Source: an uncultured bacterium (lineage in GTDB: Bacteria > Desulfobacterota_D > UBA1144 > Nemesobacterales > UBA2774). Taken from it: 64,000 nucleotides of DNA. Below, one piece after another: positions 20,865-31,876 of the stretch. The first letter of the stretch is position 1; every line of letters begins with the position of its first letter. The stretch covers positions 192,001 to 256,000 of the forward strand of contig CAVPJU010000006.1 of NCBI GenBank assembly GCA_963705505.1. Direction: 5' to 3'. A program made the translations under genes and the position numbers. Under the pieces are notes generated by a model that saw nothing but the letters and a program-made list of their open reading frames with translations, made no database searches and was not told where the DNA came from.

Positions 20865-22121
20865 TTATTCGGATATAAGGATTTTAGGAATCGGAAAACC
20901 TAACAGTTTGCAGTTTGTCCGTTCCCATTTGGAGTGGTAAATATCACGTATCAGATATGACAACAAGTACGCATACGTGAGCAAATTTATTGCTGCGATG
21001 GTTATCGTAAAAAAAGTTACTGTACCGGGATTGTGAAACAGTGAGCCGTAGATGCGCTCATAAACCACAAACATATTTAAAAAATATGTCACTGATAAGA
21101 TGACATACACATACAAATACTTTCTTTCATCCGCGAGCGGGACCAATAAAGCCAAAAAAGGTATGGCCCAGAACATATATCGCTCATGTATACGCGTGAA
21201 GAAAATAAAAAATGTCAGATAGATAAAAAATGACGCGAAACACAGCGACCGGAAACTGAATCTATATTTCCTGATATAAATGTTTAAAAGAACAGACACC
21301 AAGAGATAAACCAGAATTCCAAAATATTTGGGTATAACAAGAAAATAGAAATTCGTGTCGAGCGGCGAATCATACCACTCTCTTGTCCAACCGGACCAGT
21401 TAAATAACCACCAGAAATTATATGCGTTTACGGTGATATTCGGAAAAGAATTAAAAGACCCGACAAAGACAACCTTATATAGGGTTACAATCTCCGGCAA
21501 GAACGGCAGTAAGATGACCGTCGAGGCGATCACAAAAGATATGATCAATTTCAGAAGACCGTCCGTTCTAAAGAGTATTGGAGCCAGGATCACCCCCTGG
21601 AGCTTCGAGAGGATCGATAGGGCATAAAATACACCCTCTTTGTAACTGTTGTAATTGTATATTGTCAGCAGAAGAAATAATGCAAGAAGCGGGTCGTCCC
21701 ACTTTCCCCAAAATGCCGAATCAAAAATAATAGCGGGGTTGAATAAAAAAACCGCCATGCTTATTAAAGGAGCGTTTTTTAACAGACCCTCACCGTCGAG
21801 CTTCCTCTTAGACGCTATGTAGATAGTTACGGATATGAATATATCCGCAATTGTGCCCGGCAGCTTTACAATTAGAAAACTGTAATTCGGGAATTTCATC
21901 ATCGGGTAGCTGATAAGATAAAGTATGTATACAAACACCGGGGGCAGATTGCCCTCGGTATTTGTATAGAAGTGAAAGAGACCTTTATTATATAAGGACT
22001 CCGCCCATGATTTGTGTGTAAAAACATCCACCACAAAACCCGGATTCTGAGAGACGAAGAGGCGAATTGACAGGCCTAAAACAAGCAATAACGCTACTAA
22101 TATCGTCTCTTTTTTGTTCAT
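20865..22121 (-). CDS. GT87/Gpi18-related membrane glycosyltransferase (GT-C)
   Basis: D...H.SW, PP...Y, KLP..IAD, FNPAIIFDSAFWG.WD, KLQ, NAYNFW, RIHERY. Confidence 0.7.
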   Translation of the reverse strand: MNKKETILVALLLVLGLSIRLFVSQNPGFVVDVFTHKSWAESLYNKGLFHFYTNTEGNLPPVFVYILYLISYPMMKFPNYSFLIVKLPGTIADIFISVTIYIASKRKLDGEGLLKNAPLISMAVFLFNPAIIFDSAFWGKWDDPLLALFLLLTIYNYNSYKEGVFYALSILSKLQGVILAPILFRTDGLLKLIISFVIASTVILLPFLPEIVTLYKVVFVGSFNSFPNITVNAYNFWWLFNWSGWTREWYDSPLDTNFYFLVIPKYFGILVYLLVSVLLNIYIRKYRFSFRSLCFASFFIYLTFFIFFTRIHERYMFWAIPFLALLVPLADERKYLYVYVILSVTYFLNMFVVYERIYGSLFHNPGTVTFFTITIAAINLLTYAYLLSYLIRDIYHSKWERTNCKLLGFPIPKILISE

Positions 22122-22540
22122 GGAGAAAGGCGTGACTTCAGTACTATAGCATAAGAAAGATATTATACATATCAACCGGTTGTACAGCGTAAATAAGTAG
22201 CCTCAAGCTCCCTCATTTCACGCCGGAACGCATGGGATAGAGAGGTCAATCAGGAATCTGGCTGTCTCCCGAGCTTGTTAAATCCAACATTTAAAGAGAG
22301 CCGTGGAGCTTGATTTAGAGTGCTGACTCTATCATCTTTTTTCGCCCGAAATCGCTTCGAGGCTCGTTACTTACAACCCCGACTTCCACGGCGGACCTGT
22401 ATGCGGGGCCAAATGACCTCAGTCCCTGAAATGTACGGCGAAACAAAGCCAAAAAAAAGCGTTTTCGCATTTGCAACCAACCAGACCCAATGAATATATA
22501 TTTCATTATAATTAAATGATATTATAATTGGCGCAGGAAT

Positions 22541-23233
22541 ATGGATATTACGCTGGTCATACCGACATATAACGAATCCGAGAATATACCGATACTCCTT
22601 GAAAAGGTATTCGGGGTATTCAAGGAGTCGAATCTCGACGGCAACGTAATCATAGTGGACGATAACTCCCCCGACGGAACCTGGAAGATCGCCGAAGGAC
22701 TAAAGGAAAAATACGCCCGGCTCGAGGTATTGAGGAGGCTCAACGAAAGAGGCCTATCCTCAGCCGTCCTACACGGCTTCAGATCATCGAAAAGCGACAT
22801 ACTCGGGGTCATGGACGCGGATTTAAGCCACCCCCCCGAAAAAATACCCGAGCTCGTAGAGCCTATAATAAAAGGGGAAGCGGATATCGTCATAGGGAGC
22901 CGTTACGTCGACAGAGGTGAAATAGGGGACTGGGCCCTGCAAAGAAAGATTTCCTCCAAATTGGCGACCCTCGCCGTAAAAGGACTAACGAATGTCAAAG
23001 ACCCGATGTCTGGATTCTTCTTCCTGAAACGGGAAGTCATAGAGGGCGTCGAATTGAGCCCGAAGGGGTTTAAAATAGCGCTTGAAATTCTAGTTAGAGG
23101 CAAATACCATAAAGTTGTGGAAGTACCCATATTATTCAGGGACAGGATTTACGGAGAGACGAAGTTAAACAGCGGGGTAATCTTCGATTATTTTTACCAC
23201 GTCGTAAGGCTATACGCATATAAGATTTTTTAA
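22541..23233 (+). CDS. Polyprenol-phosphate mannose synthase (DPM1-like GT2)
   Basis: IPTYNE, VDDNSPDGT, GLSSA...G, MDADLSHPP, GSRY, DPMSGFF, F.DR..G.TKL. Confidence 0.88.
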   Translation: MDITLVIPTYNESENIPILLEKVFGVFKESNLDGNVIIVDDNSPDGTWKIAEGLKEKYARLEVLRRLNERGLSSAVLHGFRSSKSDILGVMDADLSHPPEKIPELVEPIIKGEADIVIGSRYVDRGEIGDWALQRKISSKLATLAVKGLTNVKDPMSGFFFLKREVIEGVELSPKGFKIALEILVRGKYHKVVEVPILFRDRIYGETKLNSGVIFDYFYHVVRLYAYKIF

Positions 23234-23255
23234 ATCGCAGAAAATCTGAATCGGA

Positions 23256-24473
23256 ATGGATAGCGGGAATTCGGGCTCAGACAGCCGCAAGATCGTATTA
23301 CTCATTTTTCTCATAACATTCGCGGTATCCTTCACGGTATACTTTTTCACACAGCAAGGCCCGCCCACAAAGTTTAACAATTTCGTAAGACTCGCCGATG
23401 CCTTCCTGCACGGCAGGCTTTATCTGACGCATGGCGTATCGTGGCTTGAGTTAGCTCCGTTTCAAGGCAAGTACTATATTGTTCCCCCTCCCTTTCCGGC
23501 GTTATTAATATTGCCTGTCGTCGCCTTATTCGGCCCCTCGACGAATCAGACCCTGATATCGATATTCTTCGGCGCCCTTAACGTCTCACTCGCTTTTCTG
23601 GCCGCGAGAGCTCTCTCGGAGAACAGGAGCGTTCAGGTTTGGACCGCCTCCATGTTCGGATTCGGGAGTATCCACTGGTGGGTCGCGACTGCGGGCGGAG
23701 TCTGGACGTTCTCACACACCGTATCGGCCACACTGCTTTTTATTGCGATCCTGCTGACCCTTTACAATTATCACCCTTTTTATACGGGAGCCTCACTGGG
23801 AGCGTCTTACTGGACCCGTCTCCCGACAATACTTTCATTCCCGTTCTTCCTTGTCATGTACTCGGACGAAAGTCCTATTCAGGGAAAAACCCCCGGCTTT
23901 TTTCAAAAGATACATGTTAGACCCTTACTCTGGCTCGGAGCGGGCGCCGGAATATTCATACTCTTAAACGCGGGCTATAATCTGCTCAGGTTTAATACTC
24001 CTTTTGATATCTCCTATTATCTTATACCGGGCATACTCGATGAACCGTGGTACCAGAAGGGGATATTCGACATCACGTATATTCCGAGACATTTAAAAAT
24101 CATGTTCGCGGGCTTTCCGAGGTTTATAGACGAATTCCCCTACGTCACCCCCTCCTGGCACGGGATGGCGATATGGATCACTACGCCCGCGTTCGTATAC
24201 TCATTTTTTGCGGGCATAAGAAACAGGCTCGCGGCAGGATGCTGGCTCTCCGTCGTACTCATAGCGCTTGTGAATTCCTGCCACGGCACGTGGGGGTTTC
24301 AACAGTTCGGATATAGATTCGCAATGGACTTTTATCCGTTTCTATTTCTTTTGACGGTGAAAGGTATAGGGAATAACCTGAAATGGCATCATAAGGTTCT
24401 GATAATAATCGGTATTCTTGTAAACCTGTGGGGAGTACTCTGGATAAACAAATTCGGATGGGTCGGTTACTGA
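23256..24473 (+). CDS. Multi-pass membrane protein, putative GT-C glycosyltransferase (paralog of 18394..19626)
   Basis: LADAFLHGRLY, PPFPA, LGASYWTRLPT, QFGYRFAMDFYP, VNLWGVL. Confidence 0.65.
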   Translation: MDSGNSGSDSRKIVLLIFLITFAVSFTVYFFTQQGPPTKFNNFVRLADAFLHGRLYLTHGVSWLELAPFQGKYYIVPPPFPALLILPVVALFGPSTNQTLISIFFGALNVSLAFLAARALSENRSVQVWTASMFGFGSIHWWVATAGGVWTFSHTVSATLLFIAILLTLYNYHPFYTGASLGASYWTRLPTILSFPFFLVMYSDESPIQGKTPGFFQKIHVRPLLWLGAGAGIFILLNAGYNLLRFNTPFDISYYLIPGILDEPWYQKGIFDITYIPRHLKIMFAGFPRFIDEFPYVTPSWHGMAIWITTPAFVYSFFAGIRNRLAAGCWLSVVLIALVNSCHGTWGFQQFGYRFAMDFYPFLFLLTVKGIGNNLKWHHKVLIIIGILVNLWGVLWINKFGWVGY

Positions 24474-24474
24474 T

Positions 24475-25092
24475 CTACTTTTTAAAAACCAAAAATTTAT
24501 AGCCGAGGAAGTTCCAGATAATTACAATGATAATGGATGCCAGGCTTGCTATGTTAGCCCATAAAACCGGCGAAATGCCGCCAATGGGTCCTATCACATT
24601 GACTATAAATGATGCTACCAGGACATTGAGTGCAAAACCTATAGCCGATACGATAATGAACATAATAAACTGCTTCCCCATACCGTCCCTTTCCCTGCTT
24701 TCGAAAGTCCAGTACTTATTCCACACATAACTATTCGCCACCGCAAATAGGAATGAAATAGCCTTGAAGACCGAAAACATGTACCCCTTATGGACACCGG
24801 TGATAAACATAAGAAAGTTTAGAATTCCGAAATCTATTGCCGTATTCGATACGCCTATCGGTATGAATTTCCCGAATTGAAAAAGAACATGCCACTTGGT
24901 ACCGGCGTGTGAGGATACGTATACCCAAAGAATGACGAAGGCCGGGATAATTATCAGACAAGCGGGCCATAGAAGATTATAATGCATGTCCTGGATGTGC
25001 AGCTCACCCTTGAGGGTACTCAATATCGCAATAGCGAAAATCGCAATAATGATACCGAGTATTACGGAAACCGTTACATCAGATTTTTTCAT
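24475..25092 (-). CDS. GtrA-family flippase-like protein with an N-terminal membrane extension
   Basis: QFGKF..IG.SNT.ID, NSY.WNKYWTF, WNF.GYKF.VF. Confidence 0.85.
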   Translation of the reverse strand: MKKSDVTVSVILGIIIAIFAIAILSTLKGELHIQDMHYNLLWPACLIIIPAFVILWVYVSSHAGTKWHVLFQFGKFIPIGVSNTAIDFGILNFLMFITGVHKGYMFSVFKAISFLFAVANSYVWNKYWTFESRERDGMGKQFIMFIIVSAIGFALNVLVASFIVNVIGPIGGISPVLWANIASLASIIIVIIWNFLGYKFLVFKK

Positions 25093-25173
25093 TTTAAGAT
25101 ACGGAACTCCTCAAGTTGAATTCCCGATATGGAGTTTAAAGCAATGACTACTATACATTGTATGCAGATTATA

Positions 25174-26499
25174 TTATCTCCAGGTGCTCAACCACATGTA
25201 ACGGTCGATATCCAGCTCCCTCATCGGGACCGCGGCAAGAACAGGGTAAAAATAGAAAAACATGCCTCCGGCTATACAAAAATATATAATTACGAGTATC
25301 TTGCCTCTCTTAGAATAATTCCATAACTCGTTCAGAAAATAAGTGATTACCAAAAGTAGAAATATTAACGAGGGAAGAAAATGATAAAGGAATACAATCT
25401 TTCTCGGCGAGAACGCCCAAGGGAGCCAGTATGCGAATACGCTCAACACGGCGAATATAAGAGTGGGCGTTTCTTTCCTCACTGCCTGGACTATGCCCAG
25501 AATTAAAAACAATATACCCGTATACCATATGAAGAGATTCCCCATCAGGTAGATGTGCGCCCGCCATCCTTGTCCGAGGTCCTCGAAATAGAGGTACACG
25601 GGTCTCAACATCAGAGGCCACTGCCACCATGACGACTGGTAAGGATGCGTCTCGGTCACCCCTTCGTGATACCCCAGCATATTACCCTGAAGAATGAAGA
25701 AATCCCGGATCGAGTTACCATGATAGAAAAAGGGCAGATATGTAGCCATGTACACGAGCAGCGGAACAACTATAAACGCCAGCGTGAATCTCGGGAGGAT
25801 CCTTATAACGGATGCGATAAATTCCTTATCCCGGGACTTCGCGGCGTATACCTCGAAGTAATACATCAGAAGGAGTGCCACGCCTGCCAGGTATTCCGTG
25901 ATGTATACCCCGCTCCACTTTACGGACATTCCGGCACCGCAGAAAAATCCGGTCAAAATCAGGAATATATTCCTCCTGGTCCTTGCGTATTTCACGATGA
26001 AGAGAGACGCGAGGATCAAAAAGTCGGCAATAAAAATATCCACCATTGTAATCCGGCTCAATACGAATAAGAATGATTCAAAGCCGAATAAAATGGCGGC
26101 GATCAAACCTGCCCCTTTGCTTTCAAATAAATTTTTTCCGAGAAGATAGATAAATAGTATTCCCAACCCGCCGAATATGGCTTGAAAAAACCTCCATCCG
26201 AATGTGTTATCGCCGAAAATCAATATTCCTACTGCGCTTATCTCCTTACCCAGGGGCGGATGAGTCCATTCGAAAGCCATCTCTTCAGGCGCCTTGGAAG
26301 TGCTTTCCCAGGCGGCTCTATTACCTTTTGCCATCTCCTGCGCCGTGAAGGCGAAGTAAACCTCGTCAAAATAATAGCTATCGGGGATTTCCAGCCTGTA
26401 AAGCCTGATACAGATTCCGAATATCAGTACAAGAACCAGAAGAAACTCAACTTTGTATTTCAGGAGATAGGATTGCAGCGTCATATTTCTAAACGTCAC
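25174..26499 (-). CDS. Protein O-mannosyltransferase-like (PMT/GT39)
   Basis: YFDEVYF, HPPLGK, FGWRF, SRI.M.D, KWSG, HPYQS.WW.WP...RP, FLYHFLP. Confidence 0.85.
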   Translation of the reverse strand: MTFRNMTLQSYLLKYKVEFLLVLVLIFGICIRLYRLEIPDSYYFDEVYFAFTAQEMAKGNRAAWESTSKAPEEMAFEWTHPPLGKEISAVGILIFGDNTFGWRFFQAIFGGLGILFIYLLGKNLFESKGAGLIAAILFGFESFLFVLSRITMVDIFIADFLILASLFIVKYARTRRNIFLILTGFFCGAGMSVKWSGVYITEYLAGVALLLMYYFEVYAAKSRDKEFIASVIRILPRFTLAFIVVPLLVYMATYLPFFYHGNSIRDFFILQGNMLGYHEGVTETHPYQSSWWQWPLMLRPVYLYFEDLGQGWRAHIYLMGNLFIWYTGILFLILGIVQAVRKETPTLIFAVLSVFAYWLPWAFSPRKIVFLYHFLPSLIFLLLVITYFLNELWNYSKRGKILVIIYFCIAGGMFFYFYPVLAAVPMRELDIDRYMWLSTWR

Positions 26500-27830
26500 C
26501 GGGTCCGGGGCAAAAGAGGATCATAGGAATTTCTATAGTTGACCGTATTTGTAACAAAATTCAAGAGCACAACGATATATGCGATCAGGTATAAAAGAAA
26601 CAGTCCCGGAACAAAATAAACGGTATAATTCACGGGTATCGCCTGATATGAAGTCGTAAGCTGGATGTATGAATAGGTCATGTTGAGTACATAAACACAC
26701 GACACAATAGCATAAAAATACCAGAATATCCAAGTTCGAAACGTTATCAGGGTAAAAAATACTATAGTGGGCAGCAAATGCCTTTCATGCGCTCGTGTGA
26801 CAAAAAGAAACAGGGTAAAAAGTATAAGCGTGATCGCCTCGAATACGTAATAACCGTAGTCCCTGCTTTCATAACTCCTGGCGAGGACAGCGAATCTGAC
26901 CAATAACCCCATAATAAGCGCATAGGCCGCTCCGAATATCAAAGTACCGATATTCTTATACGAAATACCCAGGAGCTTGGTCTCATCGCTCTCCCAAAGC
27001 GCGGTGGCCCCCCAGAAATTAAAGGCGTTCAGGGAGGTGAATTTATATTGCTCGTACGCCTCACCGAATCTTTCCCTTATCAGGTCCGCAGGCCCTATAA
27101 ACAGGTAACTAACGGAATCGATCTTATCCCAGATGAAGGGAAGAGTGACAACAATAGACGTAATCACTATGGTGACCGCAAGCTTTATGGACGGCAGAAG
27201 AGACCGGAAGTTAAATTTATTCCCGCCGCGGATTACCGGCGTGAGGGCCAGAAAACCGATCAGGGGGAAGATGACGATGGTTTGGGGCTTTATCATGAAC
27301 GCCAGCGCGGCAACTACGCCTGACAGCATAAATTTTTGTCTGAGTCCGAGATAAACCGAGAATAAAATCGGAAAGGCATGGACAGAATCGACCTGTCCCC
27401 AGAATGTTGAATTCGACAGCGATGCGGGATTAAAAAAATATACTACGGATGCGATCATCGCGTTTTTAGGAGTTGAAATTAACCTGACCGAATAGAATAT
27501 GATTATCGAAATCCCGAGGTCGGCCAGATTCGCAGGGAGCTTGAATAGTATATCGACCGAAAGCCCGGGAAGGGCGCGATGTATGTTGTCGAGGATCCAG
27601 AGGACGTATAGGTACCCCGGCATGTAGTCGCACCAGTATGTCTCGTAGAACTTCCCGAATCCTACCAGGGAAATCTGCTGTCCCCATCCCGTCCACGTGG
27701 AAAAATCAGGACTGTATGTGAGAAATAAAGACAGGAATATTCTGAGTATGAATCCTGCTGCGAGAATTATGGAAAAACGAACATAAGGATTCTTCAGGTA
27801 ACCCCGTTTTTCAACTGTCCCTAAGTTCAT
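26496..27830 (-). CDS. GT87/Gpi18-related membrane glycosyltransferase (GT-C)
   Basis: DY.PGY.Y.LW, KLPANLAD, FNPA...NS.FWGQVDS, KPQ, NAFNFW, R.HERH. Confidence 0.75.
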   Translation of the reverse strand: MNLGTVEKRGYLKNPYVRFSIILAAGFILRIFLSLFLTYSPDFSTWTGWGQQISLVGFGKFYETYWCDYMPGYLYVLWILDNIHRALPGLSVDILFKLPANLADLGISIIIFYSVRLISTPKNAMIASVVYFFNPASLSNSTFWGQVDSVHAFPILFSVYLGLRQKFMLSGVVAALAFMIKPQTIVIFPLIGFLALTPVIRGGNKFNFRSLLPSIKLAVTIVITSIVVTLPFIWDKIDSVSYLFIGPADLIRERFGEAYEQYKFTSLNAFNFWGATALWESDETKLLGISYKNIGTLIFGAAYALIMGLLVRFAVLARSYESRDYGYYVFEAITLILFTLFLFVTRAHERHLLPTIVFFTLITFRTWIFWYFYAIVSCVYVLNMTYSYIQLTTSYQAIPVNYTVYFVPGLFLLYLIAYIVVLLNFVTNTVNYRNSYDPLLPRTR

Positions 27831-28527
27831 TTCTCAGTTTCCAAGATTCCCTGAACATTTTTAGAATTACCTTCAAGTTGGCCCCCGATTGAGAGCCGAA
27901 CTGGCGGGGGAAATGCCCGACGGGCACTTCTTTAAATGTAAACCCCTTACGCTTCAATTTTATCAGGAATTCGGCGCTGAAAAGCGCGCCCTCGGATTTA
28001 ATGGGCTTGACCTCACGGTAAGCACCGTTGGGAAAAATCTTAAACGCACAGTCCATATCCCTTACACTCAATCCGAAAACGAGAAATATATACTGGCTGT
28101 ACAGCCAGGCGTTCAGGGATCTTATAAAAGAATCCGCCCTATTCTCCCTGTACCCTATTACCACAACCCTATCGCCGGTAAGCGGAATGAGCCGGTCGAG
28201 ATCGTTTATATCGAACTGCCCGTCGCTATCCATAAAAAAGATATACTCCTTCGACGCCCTATCGAAACCGCTCCGGAGCGCGGAACCGTATCCCCTGTTA
28301 ACCTCGTGATTCACGAGTACGACGTTCGGGTTAGCCGAAGATAGCTCTCCGACAATCTCGCGGGTCCTGTCAAGCGAACCGTCATTAACGACTACAACCT
28401 CATACGGAATCTTATTCTTCTCTAGGTAGGAAACACAGCTATTGACCGTGTTTTTTATATTACCTTCCTCATTATGCGCGGGAAGCACGACGCTGAGGGA
28501 AATACCTGTTTTCGTCTCTTCATTCAT
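27811..28527 (-). CDS. GT2 glycosyltransferase (polyprenol-phosphate sugar synthase-like)
   Basis: PAHNEE, VNDGS.D.T, NRGYG.AL..G, MDSDGQFD, D.DCAFK. Confidence 0.88.
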   Translation of the reverse strand: MNEETKTGISLSVVLPAHNEEGNIKNTVNSCVSYLEKNKIPYEVVVVNDGSLDRTREIVGELSSANPNVVLVNHEVNRGYGSALRSGFDRASKEYIFFMDSDGQFDINDLDRLIPLTGDRVVVIGYRENRADSFIRSLNAWLYSQYIFLVFGLSVRDMDCAFKIFPNGAYREVKPIKSEGALFSAEFLIKLKRKGFTFKEVPVGHFPRQFGSQSGANLKVILKMFRESWKLRNELRDS

Positions 28528-28549
28528 GGGAGTAAATACACCGTCGGGC

Positions 28550-30139
28550 TCAATTGCGGCTCAACGGATTAATTTCACATTTTATTTCACTGATTTTAAA
28601 CTCTCTTGCCTTATCAACGGAGATCCCTTTGAAAGAACAGGCCTTGCCGCTCGGCCAGACGACTTTGATATCGGCAACTTTAACATTTCCAAGCCCGAAA
28701 TAGAGAGGGAGCATGTCCTGCTCACAACAGCCTCTGCCCCCCGATACTTCTCTTATCTGAACGCCGGCCGGGGTTGAAACCTCCGCACGGGCTCCGATTG
28801 CCGAACTGTTGCTGCCTTTGCCGTCGCCCGCCAAAGTTAATGTAAGAGAATTATTGGAATTGCCGTTGTTCCTCATAAGTGCGGTACCAATATGGCCGTT
28901 CAAAAAAACATCGATAAATCCGTCACGGTCGTAATCCGCCCAGGTTGCCGCAAATACATCACTCGGAGTAGTCAATGCCGGCTTCTACGCGACATCGATA
29001 AAAACCCCATTTCCACGTATTTCTGAAAAGTTTAGTGGGTCTTACGTGATTGGTAGTAAAAAGGTCTATATTGCCGTCCGCGTCGAAGTCAACCCAGGCA
29101 CATGTTCTGCCGTCTCCCGCATCTGCTGTTTTAGTTTCCACTGTAACATCCGTAAATGTTCCGTCTTTATTGTTCCTATAAAGTGCATTTCTATTTGACG
29201 CCTCCCATATTTGTAATATAGAGGTCTAGAAAGCCGTCCCCGTTATAATCTCCCGTGCATGCCGATGTTGTTTTCCAGGAAGTATCACCGCCAAGCCCCG
29301 AACGCGACCGTAGCATCAGTGAAAGTTCCATTACCGTTATTTACGTAGAACATATTTAATCCGCTATTTGCAATGAATAGGTCCTGAAAACCATCATTAT
29401 TGGAATCGAACCAAACAGCCCCGTTTGCTTTTGTCTGCTTTATCCAGTCCGGCAGAATTAGTAACTTCCTCAAACTTTCCGTTTCCTTTGTTTCGGTAGA
29501 GAAAAGAATACACTCGTACCCGGCCTGAAACAGATCGACATAACCGTCATTATCGTAATCAGCCCACAATACATGATTCACAGAAGAACTATCGTTTGTT
29601 ATGCCGGATGATTTCGATATATCAATAAAAGAAATTCCGCCGACGTTTTCATAAAGAATCAAAGGTTTCCCGGCATTTAAAGTTCCAATAGCTAGATCTA
29701 AGTGACCGTCATTATTATAATCAGCCCATGAAGCGGCTCTAACACCTAAATCCGGCAGTCCTGATATAGAGGAAACATCTTTAAGTTTATTGTCCTTTTG
29801 ACCCGCCCATAAAGATAATAATCTGCTGTTAATGTCTTCTTTTATTTTGAGGTTTGGATAGCCTATTTTCCTATTATAATTGCGCCGAAATCCCATACCG
29901 TAGTTTGCTATAACTATATCAAGCATTCCATCGGCATTATAATCCCCCCATACAGCGGTATGCCCCATCTTAAAGACCGAATTTATGCCCGCATCCTCTG
30001 TAATATTAGAGAATTTAGGTATATCCTCTCCGTAGGCTTCGGATGTAATAAGTACAGTAGTTGGACTAAACAAAATGAGACATGAAAGAATAACAGATAC
30101 GATTCTAATCAAAAGTTGGTTAACCTTTCTTAAGATCAT
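28550..30139 (-). CDS. Secreted FG-GAP repeat / ASPIC-UnbV (CRTAC1-like) protein, fragmented by frameshifts
   Basis: Repeated W.DY.NDG..DL motifs across ORFs 29285..30139, 28959..29141 and 28550..28975. C-terminal N..AIGAR...FGLG...V.WPSG. N-terminal signal/anchor. Confidence 0.8.
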
Positions 30140-31768
30140 TCAATAAAAGGTCAGCAGCACGCAAGCTCAAAGCTTCTATAGTCAATGAAGGCGCCTCCCC
30201 ACCACCTGAAGTAGGGAATACACTTGCATCGGTTACAAGCAAATTAGGTATGTTGTGAAATCTAAGTGAAGAATTCACAACGGAATTCTCCTCATTATTA
30301 CCCATTCGACATGTTCCAAAAACGTGTGTTGCTGAAAAGAGATCATATGAAGATACCTCTTCTACTATCTCATCCGCACCACTCGCTTTTAAAATTTGCT
30401 TTGATTTTTCCGCAATAAATTCAAGGGATTTGATTTCTGATTCCCCGAGTAACGACTGTATTTTAGCAACTGGGATACCAAACTCATCTTTAATTGTAGG
30501 ATCAACTGTTACAAAAGTGTCCTTATTCGGGAAGAAACTCCGCAATTCCACCAAACCCAATTGCATGCCCAAACCATTTATCCATTTCGTTCACAAACTT
30601 TTCACCCCAGCCTTGACAGAATTGAAATGCGTAATTAATGGGACCGATAGCACTTGCAACCGTTGGGAATAATCTCAAACCTCCGGCAAACCCACGTTTT
30701 GGATCTGGCCTATTCCACTTCCAGATGATACTGTCAATTGGTATCCCTCTATACGAATCAACCCTGCTAGGGTGAAATGCAACTGCTTCATAAAAAGTAG
30801 TCTCCATAAAATTCTTGCCTACTAGATCGTTCTGATCTAGCTCTGAGTTCAATAATAGTCTCGGTGTTTCAACAGCACCGCAAGCAATTACAACGTGTTC
30901 ACCCGAAACGAAATTCTCCTTGCCATTTTGGTCATAATATAGAACCCCTTTTGCCCTTTTTTGCCCAGCTTTTTTTCCACTTCAATGCGAGTGACAAATA
31001 CGTTCTCAAGTATTTCACATTTACCAGTATCTTGTGCAAGGGGTATGAAAGTTACGTCAACGCTTCCTTTATCCTTACGTGGACAACCCCATACACACCC
31101 ATTACAGTAATTACAAGGAGGAGCATCCCGGTAAGGTTGAGAAAGTATGGCAACAGAATTTGGTTCTAGCTCGATTCCCAGTTTCTTACACGCCTTTTCC
31201 ACAATCTGGCTCGCATAGCTCAGTTTATGGGGTTTCAGCGGGTAGGGCTAGTTCTCGGACGATACGGCACATTATCAGGACCGGCTACTCCAATTGTATT
31301 CTCTACTTTGGTATAGTAAGGTTCAAGATCTTTATATTCTATAGGCCAGTCTACAGCTACGCCAAAAAGACTCTTCATCCGGAATGCATCCTTATTGAGC
31401 CTGTGAGCTTCGCCTTGGAAATGAAGCGTCGTTCCCCCCACACCCAACACCTGTTGATACCTCACATATCTTCTGAACGCAGTTGGATTTAGCAACCCTG
31501 AAGCTCTATTCCAGGATCTTAGTTTCTTATATTTTTCGTCTAATGCCTGCTTCTTGCCATAAGCATATTTAATCTTCCTCCCTCGAGGAAATCCCTTCGT
31601 TTCCCAATCTGTTTCACTGAGTGCGTAGTCTTTATAAGGATCGTATCGAGGACCAGCCTCAAGAATAAGTACACTCATTCCCTGTGATGCAAGTTTCCAT
31701 GCAAAAGGAGATCCACCCGGACCTGATCCGACTACCAAACAATCATAATTTTTTTCTTTAGGGGGCAT
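30120..31768 (-). CDS. GMC-family flavoprotein oxidoreductase large subunit, fragmented by frameshifts
   Basis: VVGSGPGG, VGGTTL, WPI.Y.DLEPYY, CNYCNGCVWGC, H..GTCRMG, DASVFPT..P.LTI.AL spread over four collinear ORFs. Confidence 0.85.
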
Positions 31769-31876
31769 AATCGTAAGGGGATACTATAAATAAGCTATTG
31801 CCTTATGTCAATTTATAAGTTATAAATTCTATTCAATCTTGTAAACCTGAAGAAAGGAGCCATTAAGGAGCCACTA

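Noticed and set aside
22180..22540. ncRNA or riboswitch in the spacer between divergent GT genes
   Set aside because: No recognisable conserved motif or convincing stems; the AT-rich end looks like ordinary promoter sequence.
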